In this document: positions 17,219 to 26,700 of the stretch, piece by piece
Layout: each line of letters begins with the position of its first letter
How positions within the stretch are numbered: position 1 is the stretch's first letter
Source: a virus
DNA: 42,602 nt
Virus record (IMG/VR): IMGVR_UViG_3300045988_153375
Coordinates: 1-42,602 of that record
Direction: 5' to 3' (one strand)
Position numbers and translations under genes: made by a program
Notes under the pieces: generated by a model
Database searches by the model: none
What the model was told of the DNA's origin: nothing
Seen by the model: only the letters and a program-made list of their open reading frames with translations

Positions 17219-17682
17219 CAGCGAATAACCCAATACTGGAAATTGAACACGAGATCAGCCTCACACAGTTGTGGCTTCCGAAGCCCGACGCGTGCGACAT
17301 TGACGAAGCGCACATGGTCGCTCACCTGAAGTGGCACAACCAGCATAAGGGCGTTGGGATTGACGTCACCGTAGAAAACGCTGACGACGGCGCTGTCAGT
17401 AAATGGATTGTCTGGGGCTGGCCATTGAACGTCGTGGGCGTTTATCATGAAACAAACGGCGAGAGCACATGCAATCTTGCACGCCGTCTAGCACGGCAAT
17501 GGACTACCGTAGAGTGTGACGCAATCGCCGCTCGTCAATTCCGGGAGATCAACAGCACGATTCATTCGATCCTGAACTCGCCGTCGATCACCGTTCAGGA
17601 CGACGCGCGCTCCGATCTCATGGGCGTCCTGGACTATATTGCTCGCGAGCACGGAGGAGACTACCAACGCCTAGGACTATAG
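17215..17682 (+). CDS. hypothetical protein (155 aa)
   Basis: ATGA overlap start. Confidence 0.55.
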   Translation: MTANNPILEIEHEISLTQLWLPKPDACDIDEAHMVAHLKWHNQHKGVGIDVTVENADDGAVSKWIVWGWPLNVVGVYHETNGESTCNLARRLARQWTTVECDAIAARQFREINSTIHSILNSPSITVQDDARSDLMGVLDYIAREHGGDYQRLGL

Positions 17683-17704
17683 TCTCTCACGTCAGGCATG
17701 AAAA

Positions 17705-17743
17705 CATTCCCCCTCACCACGACTTCCGTGATGAGGGGGAATG
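17705..17743. terminator. bidirectional hairpin terminator between convergent genes
   Basis: 17-bp stem CATTCCCCCTCACCACG / CGTGATGAGGGGGAATG with one mismatch. Confidence 0.6.
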
Positions 17744-17757
17744 TTTCACGTGAAACA
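17742..17757. promoter_or_regulatory. third copy of the GTTTCACGTGAAAC palindrome
   Basis: TGTTTCACGTGAAACA, a 16-bp perfect palindrome abutting the hairpin. Confidence 0.5.
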
Positions 17758-17758
17758 C

Positions 17759-18754
17759 TCAGGCGCCCGGCTGAGGAGACGGAGCTGGAACTGCCTTCGC
17801 CTCCAACGCGGCAACACGCTCAGCCAAATCGAGGTAGCCGCCATGCCAGGCGATCACACGCTCCATGATCCAATCCGACGGAGGATTCTGATAGGGATTC
17901 TTCTCAGGAACCCACTGGCCGCCCTCACCCTGCACTAGCTCGCCGTCGGTCACATACAAATGTGAGACGCCGAACGATGCGGCGCGATCGATTACCTGTC
18001 GGAAATTCTCTTTCGTAACACCGTGAATGACGTGCCACCATTTGGTGGAAGGCTGTGCCCGCATCACATCATTAGCAATCGGGTTATTAAGGTCGTCCGT
18101 CAAATACTTGGTGGCAGTGTTCTCAAAACTCATGCATACGTCGAAATCGAGTGCGCACACAGCCTCAGTAATGTTACTGCCAGGGTTGATAGCAATCGTG
18201 AAATTCTTCCCATATGTGCGCCGAATTTCGCCGATAAGATCACCGTACCAACCGACCCGTCCCGCCTGCGTACCCCAGCCGTTGATTACCTCGTCCAAGA
18301 ATACTCCCTGGAAAAGATCTCCGTACTGGGAGCGAAGGTTGGCGCACAGCTGCATAATGTATTCGCGCGTAAACTTGTCCGGGTCCGGCACACCGTTCCT
18401 AGCAGCATCATCCTTGGCGAGTGACGCGACACCGTAGCGGGTAGGAATATACCAGAGGACCCGCTTTGCCCCGGCCGCCCGAGCGCGCTGCGCCTGAGTG
18501 AGAAAGTCGTTGTCTTTGGCGGACCAATCGCCCGTGGAGCGATTCATGATTACGTAGCCGAGCGCGTTCCCGTAGGCCAGTGTCTTGGACCACTTCGAGA
18601 CCTTCCCCGCCTGGCCCTCATTGTAGAAATCGGGCCAGAAGTACGTGACCGGGGAGTAGTAGTGTCCGCCGACCGTGAAAGGCGAGATTGAAGAGAACAG
18701 CGGGGCTACCAACTTGTCAACGCCAGCCTTGGTGTACCCAGTAACATTTGCCAT
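17759..18754 (-). CDS. distal tail protein with a putative spherulin-4/GH135-like glycoside hydrolase fold
   Basis: The N-terminal YTKAGVDKL is a common fibre motif. The stretch YVIMNRSTGDWS...AGAKRVLWYIPTRYG...FQGVFLDEV...FTIAINPGSN...FDVCMSFENT resembles Spherulation-specific family 4. Recognised by eye. Confidence 0.45.
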   Translation of the reverse strand: MANVTGYTKAGVDKLVAPLFSSISPFTVGGHYYSPVTYFWPDFYNEGQAGKVSKWSKTLAYGNALGYVIMNRSTGDWSAKDNDFLTQAQRARAAGAKRVLWYIPTRYGVASLAKDDAARNGVPDPDKFTREYIMQLCANLRSQYGDLFQGVFLDEVINGWGTQAGRVGWYGDLIGEIRRTYGKNFTIAINPGSNITEAVCALDFDVCMSFENTATKYLTDDLNNPIANDVMRAQPSTKWWHVIHGVTKENFRQVIDRAASFGVSHLYVTDGELVQGEGGQWVPEKNPYQNPPSDWIMERVIAWHGGYLDLAERVAALEAKAVPAPSPQPGA

Positions 18755-18763
18755 TGTGTTTTC

Positions 18764-19156
18764 TCACTCTCCGTAGGTCCAGGTAAGACCATCGTCACTG
18801 ACGGTGATCTTGCCACCATTGTTCTGGCCGCCGCCGCCAGGATTGCCAGGATCGGGGGTAGCGCCGCCATTCCACGCCGAAAGGGAGGTCACCTGCACGT
18901 CACCGGAGGCCGGCAATTCCGCGCCACGCACTTCTCGCGCCCAAACACCGGCAACATTCAAGACGATTGCCCATCGGCCGCCATGGCTGGCGTCTACTTC
19001 GACCTCGATCCTGCCTTTGTCGTCGGCATCGCCGCGCACGGGGGCGGGGACTGTCGTAATATTGTCGGACGTATACACGGTTTCCGGGCGGACACTCATT
19101 GTCGCGTTAACTGTCTTGCCGGCCGCATTCACAACCGTCGCTATGACCTTAGTCAT
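18764..19156 (-). CDS. small tail-associated hypothetical protein (130 aa)
   Basis: Position within the tail fibre cluster, with a G-rich C-terminus. Confidence 0.5.
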   Translation of the reverse strand: MTKVIATVVNAAGKTVNATMSVRPETVYTSDNITTVPAPVRGDADDKGRIEVEVDASHGGRWAIVLNVAGVWAREVRGAELPASGDVQVTSLSAWNGGATPDPGNPGGGGQNNGGKITVSDDGLTWTYGE

Positions 19157-19198
19157 ATTATTATCACCTATTTCTAATAGTGAACTATAATTCGTCGA

Positions 19199-19900
19199 TT
19201 ACAGGTCAACGCGAGTCGCACCAAGAGTAGCCACCGTAAACACAGTCCCCGGGAAAACGCCGCCATCGTAATGCCAGTACGGGTCCGCACCATAACTACC
19301 CGCCGTAGTATAAGCAACCCTATGCGAGCCGGCCTCCACTGAAAGGCGCCACTGCATATGGTGCGTCATAAACGTGCGATTGTACTGAATCTCGGTCTGC
19401 CAAATACCCCTATTGTCGAGCTTGAACCCGAAGAAATACGAGCCGACTGCCTTATCCTTCTCCTCTTCGGAATGGTAGTCCTCGTGCGCGATGCTCACGC
19501 ACACGTCAAGCGAGAACTCCATGAGGCTCTTAATCGGCAGAGTGACAATACCGTCACCCCACGTGTAAGTAGCGTGATCCGAGGTCGGACGCCCGCGACC
19601 GTTCGTATTATCACGATGACGGTAAAGCACGCCACTGAACGAGTTCGCCGGGTTAATATTGAATGACCCGTCGCCAGCTTTGGAACCGTCGGCAGTGTAC
19701 AGAATGTCGTCAATAATGAAAACGGCGGGGCGCGCTTTCGATACTGCCCCAGACGGTGCAGCCGCCAGCATAACCCGCGCCGCGGCTACGGACGCCGCCG
19801 GCATAACCCTGCCAGCGGAATCATCATACGCGTCCCAGGCCTCGATAAGATTATCGTCTACCGTAGGGACGATACCGCCGGTCCACCTAGTGTTAGGCAT
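19199..19900 (-). CDS. minor tail protein (233 aa)
   Basis: Position; beta-rich composition. Confidence 0.5.
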   Translation of the reverse strand: MPNTRWTGGIVPTVDDNLIEAWDAYDDSAGRVMPAASVAAARVMLAAAPSGAVSKARPAVFIIDDILYTADGSKAGDGSFNINPANSFSGVLYRHRDNTNGRGRPTSDHATYTWGDGIVTLPIKSLMEFSLDVCVSIAHEDYHSEEEKDKAVGSYFFGFKLDNRGIWQTEIQYNRTFMTHHMQWRLSVEAGSHRVAYTTAGSYGADPYWHYDGGVFPGTVFTVATLGATRVDL

Positions 19901-19934
19901 ATTGTCTTCTCCTAAAAATATTGTTGCACAATCT

Positions 19935-21851
19935 TCAGTAGGTGAGCCAGCTAACCGTCATCTCGCCCCAATCCATAATTGTACCCTCGTCAATATTCTG
20001 ATACGTATAAAGCGCGATCCGATCCCCGACGTTCAGGCGCCTAACACCTGTCACCTGCAACGCGGTCCACAAACCATGGTTCAACGCGGCATACATGTAA
20101 ACGCCATATTCATCATCGTTGCTACGAGAAACCTTCGTGCCGCCAACGTACCCCGCCCACGACGACCGGTACCATGTTGTGCCGTCTAGACGATAAAGGC
20201 CGCTCTGCGGAATAATGATCTCGACACCGTCTACCTGCATTCCGCCACGAACAATTTTCTCCTGCGAACCGACCGGGACCTTGGTCCACTTGTCTTTCAC
20301 AGTCCACAACTGTGCGTTGTTTGTTGCCATGTGGGCGAAAGGCGGCTCCGTGAAAGTGCGCCACGACGACGCATGAGGCGAAGCCGACCCGGGCGGGTCA
20401 TAGGACACGCCATTCGTGTCCATAATGAGCTCGCCGCCCTGACGATCAGTAATCTGTATCTTCGCAACGCCCTCGTCGTCGCGGAAAATATGCAGACCGG
20501 AGGAGCGGCTCATTTTCCATGACACGTACATGGAATAAATGATCCCGAGCTGCATTCCCGGCGTAAAAACATCGTTCGTACGGGCACTAATGTAGAAGGG
20601 CGTGTCCGTGTCTTGGATCCACGTACCGTCAGGGAGGGTGAAATCGAATCTTATTTTCTTCCCGGCCGTCGCCTGTTCGTCAACAGCGATAATTCTGTTC
20701 TTGCCAATGTTGATTGTGAGAATCGCGCGGCCGTTCCACGACGGCGTAAAAAGGATATACCCCTCAACCTTGCCGACACCCTCGCCGGCAATACCGTATG
20801 TTTTTGGTTTCGCAACAGCAATGTCGTAGATTGCCATCTGCGCACCATCGTTACGATTAGGACGATCCCTGTCCGTCAGAACGAACCGCGTGCCACCCTC
20901 GAGCTCCTCAACGGTCGCGATTTTGGGTGACCAGATAGACTCCCAGAACTCATATTCGCTGCCAAGGCCGAATCGGATATTCTTCTCGCCCGACGTCGGC
21001 TCAGTATCAACAAGCGAAAGCTCACCACCGATAAGCCTGTTACCAATAAGGTCGCCGGTGACTTTCGCTGCGTTGAATGTCGCGTTTCCGGCGGTCAGCA
21101 TTTCCGTAGTGACGGACGCGAACGCCGCGATCTTGGCCCAGAGTTCCCCGGACGCGTAAATGTTGCGGGCGGACACGGAGCCGTCGGCGAGTGAGACGTT
21201 CCCCACGGATGATGGGACAAGGATGCTGCCGGCGACCATTGTTCTGGTCACCCACTGTGTTCCGTCCCAGATGCGCACATCGGTAATGTGTCCGGCATTG
21301 TCGGTGACATACCAAATCAACCCCGTGACAGGATTTTCGGGTGCGGTCTGGGACACTACGGGCGGCCGGTTAGCTTCCGCAATCTGAACAGCTTTTTCCG
21401 CGTCTTTCGCCGCCTTATTCGCAGCACCTTCGGCCTTGTTAGCCCGGTCGCGAATGGCGTCAGCCTCCTTGAAAGCGCGCTCAGCGTCTTTCGCGGCCCG
21501 ACTGAGAATTTTACCGGTGTGCCCGAGGTTCTCAACTTTCGCGCCGGAAGGCGGCTCGGCGATAGGGTCGCTGATCTTGACTACGCGGCCGGATGAATCA
21601 ATGATGACGAGTACGCGGGCACCTATCCATGTGGCAATCCCATCGGATTCACCAACAGCATGAGAGGTCGGATTGCTGTAGGGGATTCCTACCTCCACCC
21701 ATCCCGACGGGAGCGTGGAATCGGTGGCTGACGTGCCAGTGATTTTCCCGTACGTCCATGACACTGAGGATTGCTGAACAATAACATTGTTATTGTTGCG
21801 GCCGCCGCCATTTCGTGGCGCCGTGTCAAGCAATAGTGACGGTCTAACCAT
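19935..21851 (-). CDS. minor tail protein / tail fibre (638 aa)
   Basis: Position. A coiled-coil segment (AKDAERAFKEADAIRDRANKAEGAANKAAKDAEKAVQIAEAN) precedes a beta-rich C-terminal part. Confidence 0.6.
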   Translation of the reverse strand: MVRPSLLLDTAPRNGGGRNNNNVIVQQSSVSWTYGKITGTSATDSTLPSGWVEVGIPYSNPTSHAVGESDGIATWIGARVLVIIDSSGRVVKISDPIAEPPSGAKVENLGHTGKILSRAAKDAERAFKEADAIRDRANKAEGAANKAAKDAEKAVQIAEANRPPVVSQTAPENPVTGLIWYVTDNAGHITDVRIWDGTQWVTRTMVAGSILVPSSVGNVSLADGSVSARNIYASGELWAKIAAFASVTTEMLTAGNATFNAAKVTGDLIGNRLIGGELSLVDTEPTSGEKNIRFGLGSEYEFWESIWSPKIATVEELEGGTRFVLTDRDRPNRNDGAQMAIYDIAVAKPKTYGIAGEGVGKVEGYILFTPSWNGRAILTINIGKNRIIAVDEQATAGKKIRFDFTLPDGTWIQDTDTPFYISARTNDVFTPGMQLGIIYSMYVSWKMSRSSGLHIFRDDEGVAKIQITDRQGGELIMDTNGVSYDPPGSASPHASSWRTFTEPPFAHMATNNAQLWTVKDKWTKVPVGSQEKIVRGGMQVDGVEIIIPQSGLYRLDGTTWYRSSWAGYVGGTKVSRSNDDEYGVYMYAALNHGLWTALQVTGVRRLNVGDRIALYTYQNIDEGTIMDWGEMTVSWLTY

Positions 21852-21861
21852 GATGCCCCGT

Positions 21862-22959
21862 TTATTCTCCCAGTACCTCTATGTCTACCCTCATTGTAGC
21901 GGACGGATCAGACAACGGGAGACTATAGGCCGTGACACGGCCCGCAATATGCTCACCCTGCTCGGTGATCGCACCGACAATATCCCCGACCTCGATACGG
22001 GCGTCCGGAATAATCGTCAAAGAACGGGAGGAGCGGGAGGAAATGTCCTGAATCATGTACGTGTCCGCAGCCTCGGACACCTCTCTCGCCGAGCTTGCGG
22101 CACTGAATTCTTTATGCGAAGTGACCCAACCGTAGCCGGCCGGCTCATATGGCGGGTCAGTGATTTCTCGTTCCGCAGTCCAACGCTCCTCCTGCTCCCC
22201 CTGAGCTTTCTGTTGCTTACTGCCAGTAACGTACCAACGATTCGGACGCCGGCCTCCTGACCTCGGAACACGCGGAGCTTCCAAAAGAAAACCAGACTCG
22301 TACGTGTAAATCTCATCAGGAGCCGTCTTGTCACGAAGCTTGAAAATGTGCAGCATCCCATCGGCGCCGCTACGAATACCACAGCCACGGGATTCGACGA
22401 GCTTATAGATTGATTCGATTCGCGAGTTTCCCCATTGCGTGGTGCGCGGGATAGGCGCATCCCAAACGTCGTCCTCCAATTTCACTCGCACATATTCCGC
22501 GATCTCGTTGGCTTCGGAGAGCAGGGTGGCGCCAGCGCCGGGTGAGGACGGCCATGGCCTCGGATTATCGGCAAGAATCTGCGTCAAATCCTTACAGGAA
22601 ACGTTCACCTTCTCTTTCGACACGGACCATTCCATGTTGACGAACTCACCGAGCGGAATTTCCCAATAGTCACCACGCCGATTCTCATAAAGCGCAGTCA
22701 CCATGGAACGCTGCCCGAAATTGTTGAGCGCATCCAACGGCCACTCCGGAACCCAAGACATTGGGCAAGAGTAAGACAATGCGCCCGGGACCTGGCGGTT
22801 CGTTGAAGACCATTCGACTTTCACTTCGGAGGCGGGTATTCCAGTTTTGAGGACTTCGCCGCCGCGAATGATATCGATTCTTGCGCCGATGCTGAGGCCG
22901 TCTGAAAGGGCGGCCAGTGTGGGGCCGTTTCTCATGGCATACCCGCAATCATTTTGCAA
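21862..22959 (-). CDS. minor tail protein (Tal-position baseplate/tip protein)
   Basis: Second gene after the tape measure. Confidence 0.55.
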   Translation of the reverse strand: MQNDCGYAMRNGPTLAALSDGLSIGARIDIIRGGEVLKTGIPASEVKVEWSSTNRQVPGALSYSCPMSWVPEWPLDALNNFGQRSMVTALYENRRGDYWEIPLGEFVNMEWSVSKEKVNVSCKDLTQILADNPRPWPSSPGAGATLLSEANEIAEYVRVKLEDDVWDAPIPRTTQWGNSRIESIYKLVESRGCGIRSGADGMLHIFKLRDKTAPDEIYTYESGFLLEAPRVPRSGGRRPNRWYVTGSKQQKAQGEQEERWTAEREITDPPYEPAGYGWVTSHKEFSAASSAREVSEAADTYMIQDISSRSSRSLTIIPDARIEVGDIVGAITEQGEHIAGRVTAYSLPLSDPSATMRVDIEVLGE

Positions 22960-23711
22960 ATCTCAATGTACGTGCGCGACTTCCAGACCTTGTCGACTTC
23001 ACGCCATTCACCCCAGGTGACACATGGTGCTGCCCCCCAGCCCGCGTGAGGGCCGACAAGCATCGGCGAATCCTCGGGGACCTCATGCCATTTAACATTC
23101 CACCGAATAATGCCGTCTCCTGTGATCCTGGCACTGTCAACTTTGTCTACGGTGATGAATCGCGATGGTAGAACGTCGGCAGGGGCGCCAGGCGTAAGAA
23201 TGAGAGGTTCCCGCTTCTGCAGAATTTCCCAAACATTGTTAACGTGCGATGGGTCGTCTAGGACGAACTGGCCGCCTCCGGTGCGAGCTACTTCTAGCAT
23301 CGGCCACCGGGCGATAAGTGAGTTATATCTCGAAATCGGGGAGGACCATTCTCTTTTATCCTGGGCCTCCTCCCAGATGAGCCCTGGGACGGTGCGCCCG
23401 TTGAGGCCGCTCACCATGCCACGCCACCACTCCACCTCGGGGCGGGTCAGCGTGACCGAGGAGTCACCCTGAGTGTATTTTATTGTGGTGCCCGGCACGG
23501 CGTATGCGTCTGAGAGGATCATTGTCACCGGCTCAGTGAGCTTGGGGCCCTCGAGCTCGCGAATCATTTTCGCACGCCCGGTGAGTGGTCTTTTGTCGCG
23601 AGCCATCCCGGGCACGGCGAAAAGACGGTCCCCCGCGTAGACGGGTTCCTTGCCTGTGGCCATTATTGACGGCAGCCCAGTGTGTGTAGCAATCCATCCC
23701 GTAATCGGCAT
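22932..23711 (-). CDS. distal tail protein (Dit position)
   Basis: First gene after the tape measure. Confidence 0.55.
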   Translation of the reverse strand: MPITGWIATHTGLPSIMATGKEPVYAGDRLFAVPGMARDKRPLTGRAKMIRELEGPKLTEPVTMILSDAYAVPGTTIKYTQGDSSVTLTRPEVEWWRGMVSGLNGRTVPGLIWEEAQDKREWSSPISRYNSLIARWPMLEVARTGGGQFVLDDPSHVNNVWEILQKREPLILTPGAPADVLPSRFITVDKVDSARITGDGIIRWNVKWHEVPEDSPMLVGPHAGWGAAPCVTWGEWREVDKVWKSRTYIEICKMIAGMP

Positions 23712-23738
23712 TATTTCGTGCTTTCCGTCATAATGGTT

Positions 23739-26700
23739 TTATCGGTTCATTCGGTCATAGTCTACTATGGCCGATGTTGCCTCTACTTGCATGCGCCCGA
23801 CAAGATCGTTGTCCACGTCTCGAATTTCGAGCACGTCAGGGCCGAGCGCACGATTCTCCAGAAGGCTGATCAGCTTATCCATTTTCTCCCACTGGGCTGA
23901 CGTGAAAACGGGCTCCGGACGGCCAGTCTTATTCTCGATCGTTGAGAGGCCGGGCTGCAAGAATCCGCCGTTATCGTAGCGGAGATTACCGGCGGACGGC
24001 CCACCGTAGATCGGGACCTCACGCACCGGGATACCGAAGGTCGGGGCCTCGACCATCATCCCATTACCGGAGGCGATAGCAACGTGGTGGGCCGGGTAAC
24101 CCCAGAACAGGAGCGTACCGGGAACCATAGGATTACCGGGAGATGACATTGCCTGATATCCGGCCGCCGTGAGACGCGGTACGTGAATACCCATCGCATT
24201 GAGCGCCCAATAGACAAGACCAGAACAATCGAGGCCGCCTCCCGGGGAGACGCCGCCCCAAACATACGGTGTACCGATAGCACGACGCGCAGTGTTTACG
24301 AGGTCGCCCGCGGCGGCACCAATAGCACCGATTCCACCACCGAACCCGCTGACCACAGGCATGTGATCCTTGATCCAGTCACCGAGCGCGTCAATAGTCT
24401 TATCAACGCCAGCTTTTCCGGCGTCGAAGAATGGTTTCGCCCCGTCGCCGCCCCATGAATCGAGAAGTTTGTGAACCGGAGCCTTGATGACAGTTTCGAC
24501 GGCTCCGATCGGGTCGGAGAATATCGAGGATACCGCGTCGGCGGCACCGGTGATCCAATTAAGGGCAGCGGACGCACCCTTCTCTACCGTTGATTTGACA
24601 GGGTCCCAAATACCGCCGGGAGCGAATGCGGCATAGCCGGCGTCGCCGCCGGGAATACGGTCCCCGTGCGCGGCGGCGCGGTTCATGGCATTCACCATTG
24701 CCGGACCGCCGACGGCCTTCACCCATTCGGGTCGCATGATTGCTTCTCCGCCGGAAAGCGCGAGTCGGCCACCGCCGTCGGGTGACACGAAATGGTAAAT
24801 GTCGCGGCCGGGAGAGTATCCGGGCAGGACACCACCGGACGCGTACCCGCCAATCGTGGGCGCCTCAGGAAGGCGAAGATCAAGGGAGAGTTTCTCCATC
24901 ATTCCGTTTACGAGTTTCCTCAGCCCATTGTTGTAGACTGTGCCGATAACGAAGTTAACGGGTTTGGCGGCGGCTTCTTTGATTTTGTCCCACGCCGTCC
25001 TAACACCGTCTTTCATGGTGTTTGCGGCTGCTACGACCCTGTCCCAGGCGCTCGTAATTGCGGGAACAAGCGTGTTAGCAATCCAATCCTTAACGATTTG
25101 GATTTCGCCTTTCAGAATGTTCCACGCGGAGACGACCATGTTTTTCAGCCAGCTGGTCCACGAAACAACAGTATTCCAGGCAGCGCTGATCGTGGTGGCT
25201 GCACCTTGAATTACGGCGACACCCATGGTGACCGCGGCGATGATGGACGCGAATACGAACGCGATGATTCCGCCCAGAATTTTCGCTCCCGTAGAGATTA
25301 TCTCCCAGGCCACGCTAATAACGGGTGCGGCGTAGGTTTGAATCCAATTCACGACGGGCTGCATGACGGCCCAAATACCGTTCCATGTCGCCGATAGTGA
25401 GCCCCACATTATGGAGGCCGTATCTTTAATGGCGTTGAATGCGCCGACGACCCACGGCCATGCAATATTGTAGATCCAATCGACGACGGGCTGAATAGTG
25501 GCCCAAATACCGTTCCATGCCGCTGATATGGTTCCCCAAAGAGCGGAGGCAGTGTCTTTGATTGTGTTGAATGTGTCGACGACCCACGGCCAGGCCGTGT
25601 AGTAGATCCATTCGACCACTGGTTGCATGGCAGCCTGAATAGAGGTCCATGCGGCCTGAACAGTACCCCAAAGATTGGACGCCGCATCCTTGATCGTATT
25701 GAACGCGTCGACCACCCAAGGCCAAGCCGTATAGTAGATCCATTCAACTACCGGCTGCATAGCAGCTTGAATTGAGGCCCATGCACTCTGAATATCAGAC
25801 CACATGTTAGTGGCCGTATCCTTAATCGCGTTGAATGCGCCGACGACCCACGGCCAAACCGTATTGTAAATCCAATCTGCGACGGGCTGAATAGCGGTTT
25901 GAATGGCGGTCCATGCGATCTGAATATCGGCCCACATCATGGAAGCGGTGTCTTTAATCGCGTTGAACGCCCCGACCACCATAGGCCAAATGTCATTGTA
26001 GATTTGTGTAGCGACAGGCATGATTGCCGCCCAAATAGCGTCCCACGCCCACTGAATCGTAGACCAGAGCGCGCTCACGCCCCAGCTGATAGCATCCCAT
26101 GCTGTAGTGAGATACAAGGCGGCAACGTTGACAATCCAATCGACGACAGGCCGGATTATGTCGCTGATCCCTTGCCAGGCTGCGACCATCCCGTTCCAGA
26201 CGATCATTGCGCCCGCAGAAATACCGTCCCATGCCGCCTGAAGATTGGGCCAGGCAGTATTCACGATCCAGTCGACAACGGCTTGAATGACGGGCTGTAT
26301 TCCTTGCCATGCGCCGACGATGCCGTTCCATACCCATTGGGCGCCGGCGACGATTCCGTCCCATGCCGCCTGGAGTGCGGGCCATGCGGTGCCGACAATC
26401 CAGTCAATGACGGCTTGAATGACGGGCTGTATTCCTTGCCAGACGGATACCATGACGCCCCACATCCACTGGGCGCCGGCCACAATTCCATCCCAAGCGA
26501 CTTGCATGAGAGGCCAAACGTTAGCGGCGAACCAATCGGCCACTGCCCCGGCTGCCGTTTTGATTGCTTCCCAACATGAAATGACGACGTTGCGGAATGT
26601 TTCGGAGTTCTGCCATGCCACAATGATTGCCGCAACCAATGCTGCGATAGCGATCACAACGAGGCCGATTGGGTTGGCGTCCATTGCCGCGTTGAATGCC

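Noticed and set aside
25409-26635. Several 100-226-aa ORFs on both strands inside the tape measure repeat region, and the idea that the periodicity could be a CRISPR-like array
   Set aside because: The 132-bp period is in-frame protein repeat structure of the tape measure (44-aa units). There is no repeat-spacer organisation, and the extra ORFs are shadow frames.
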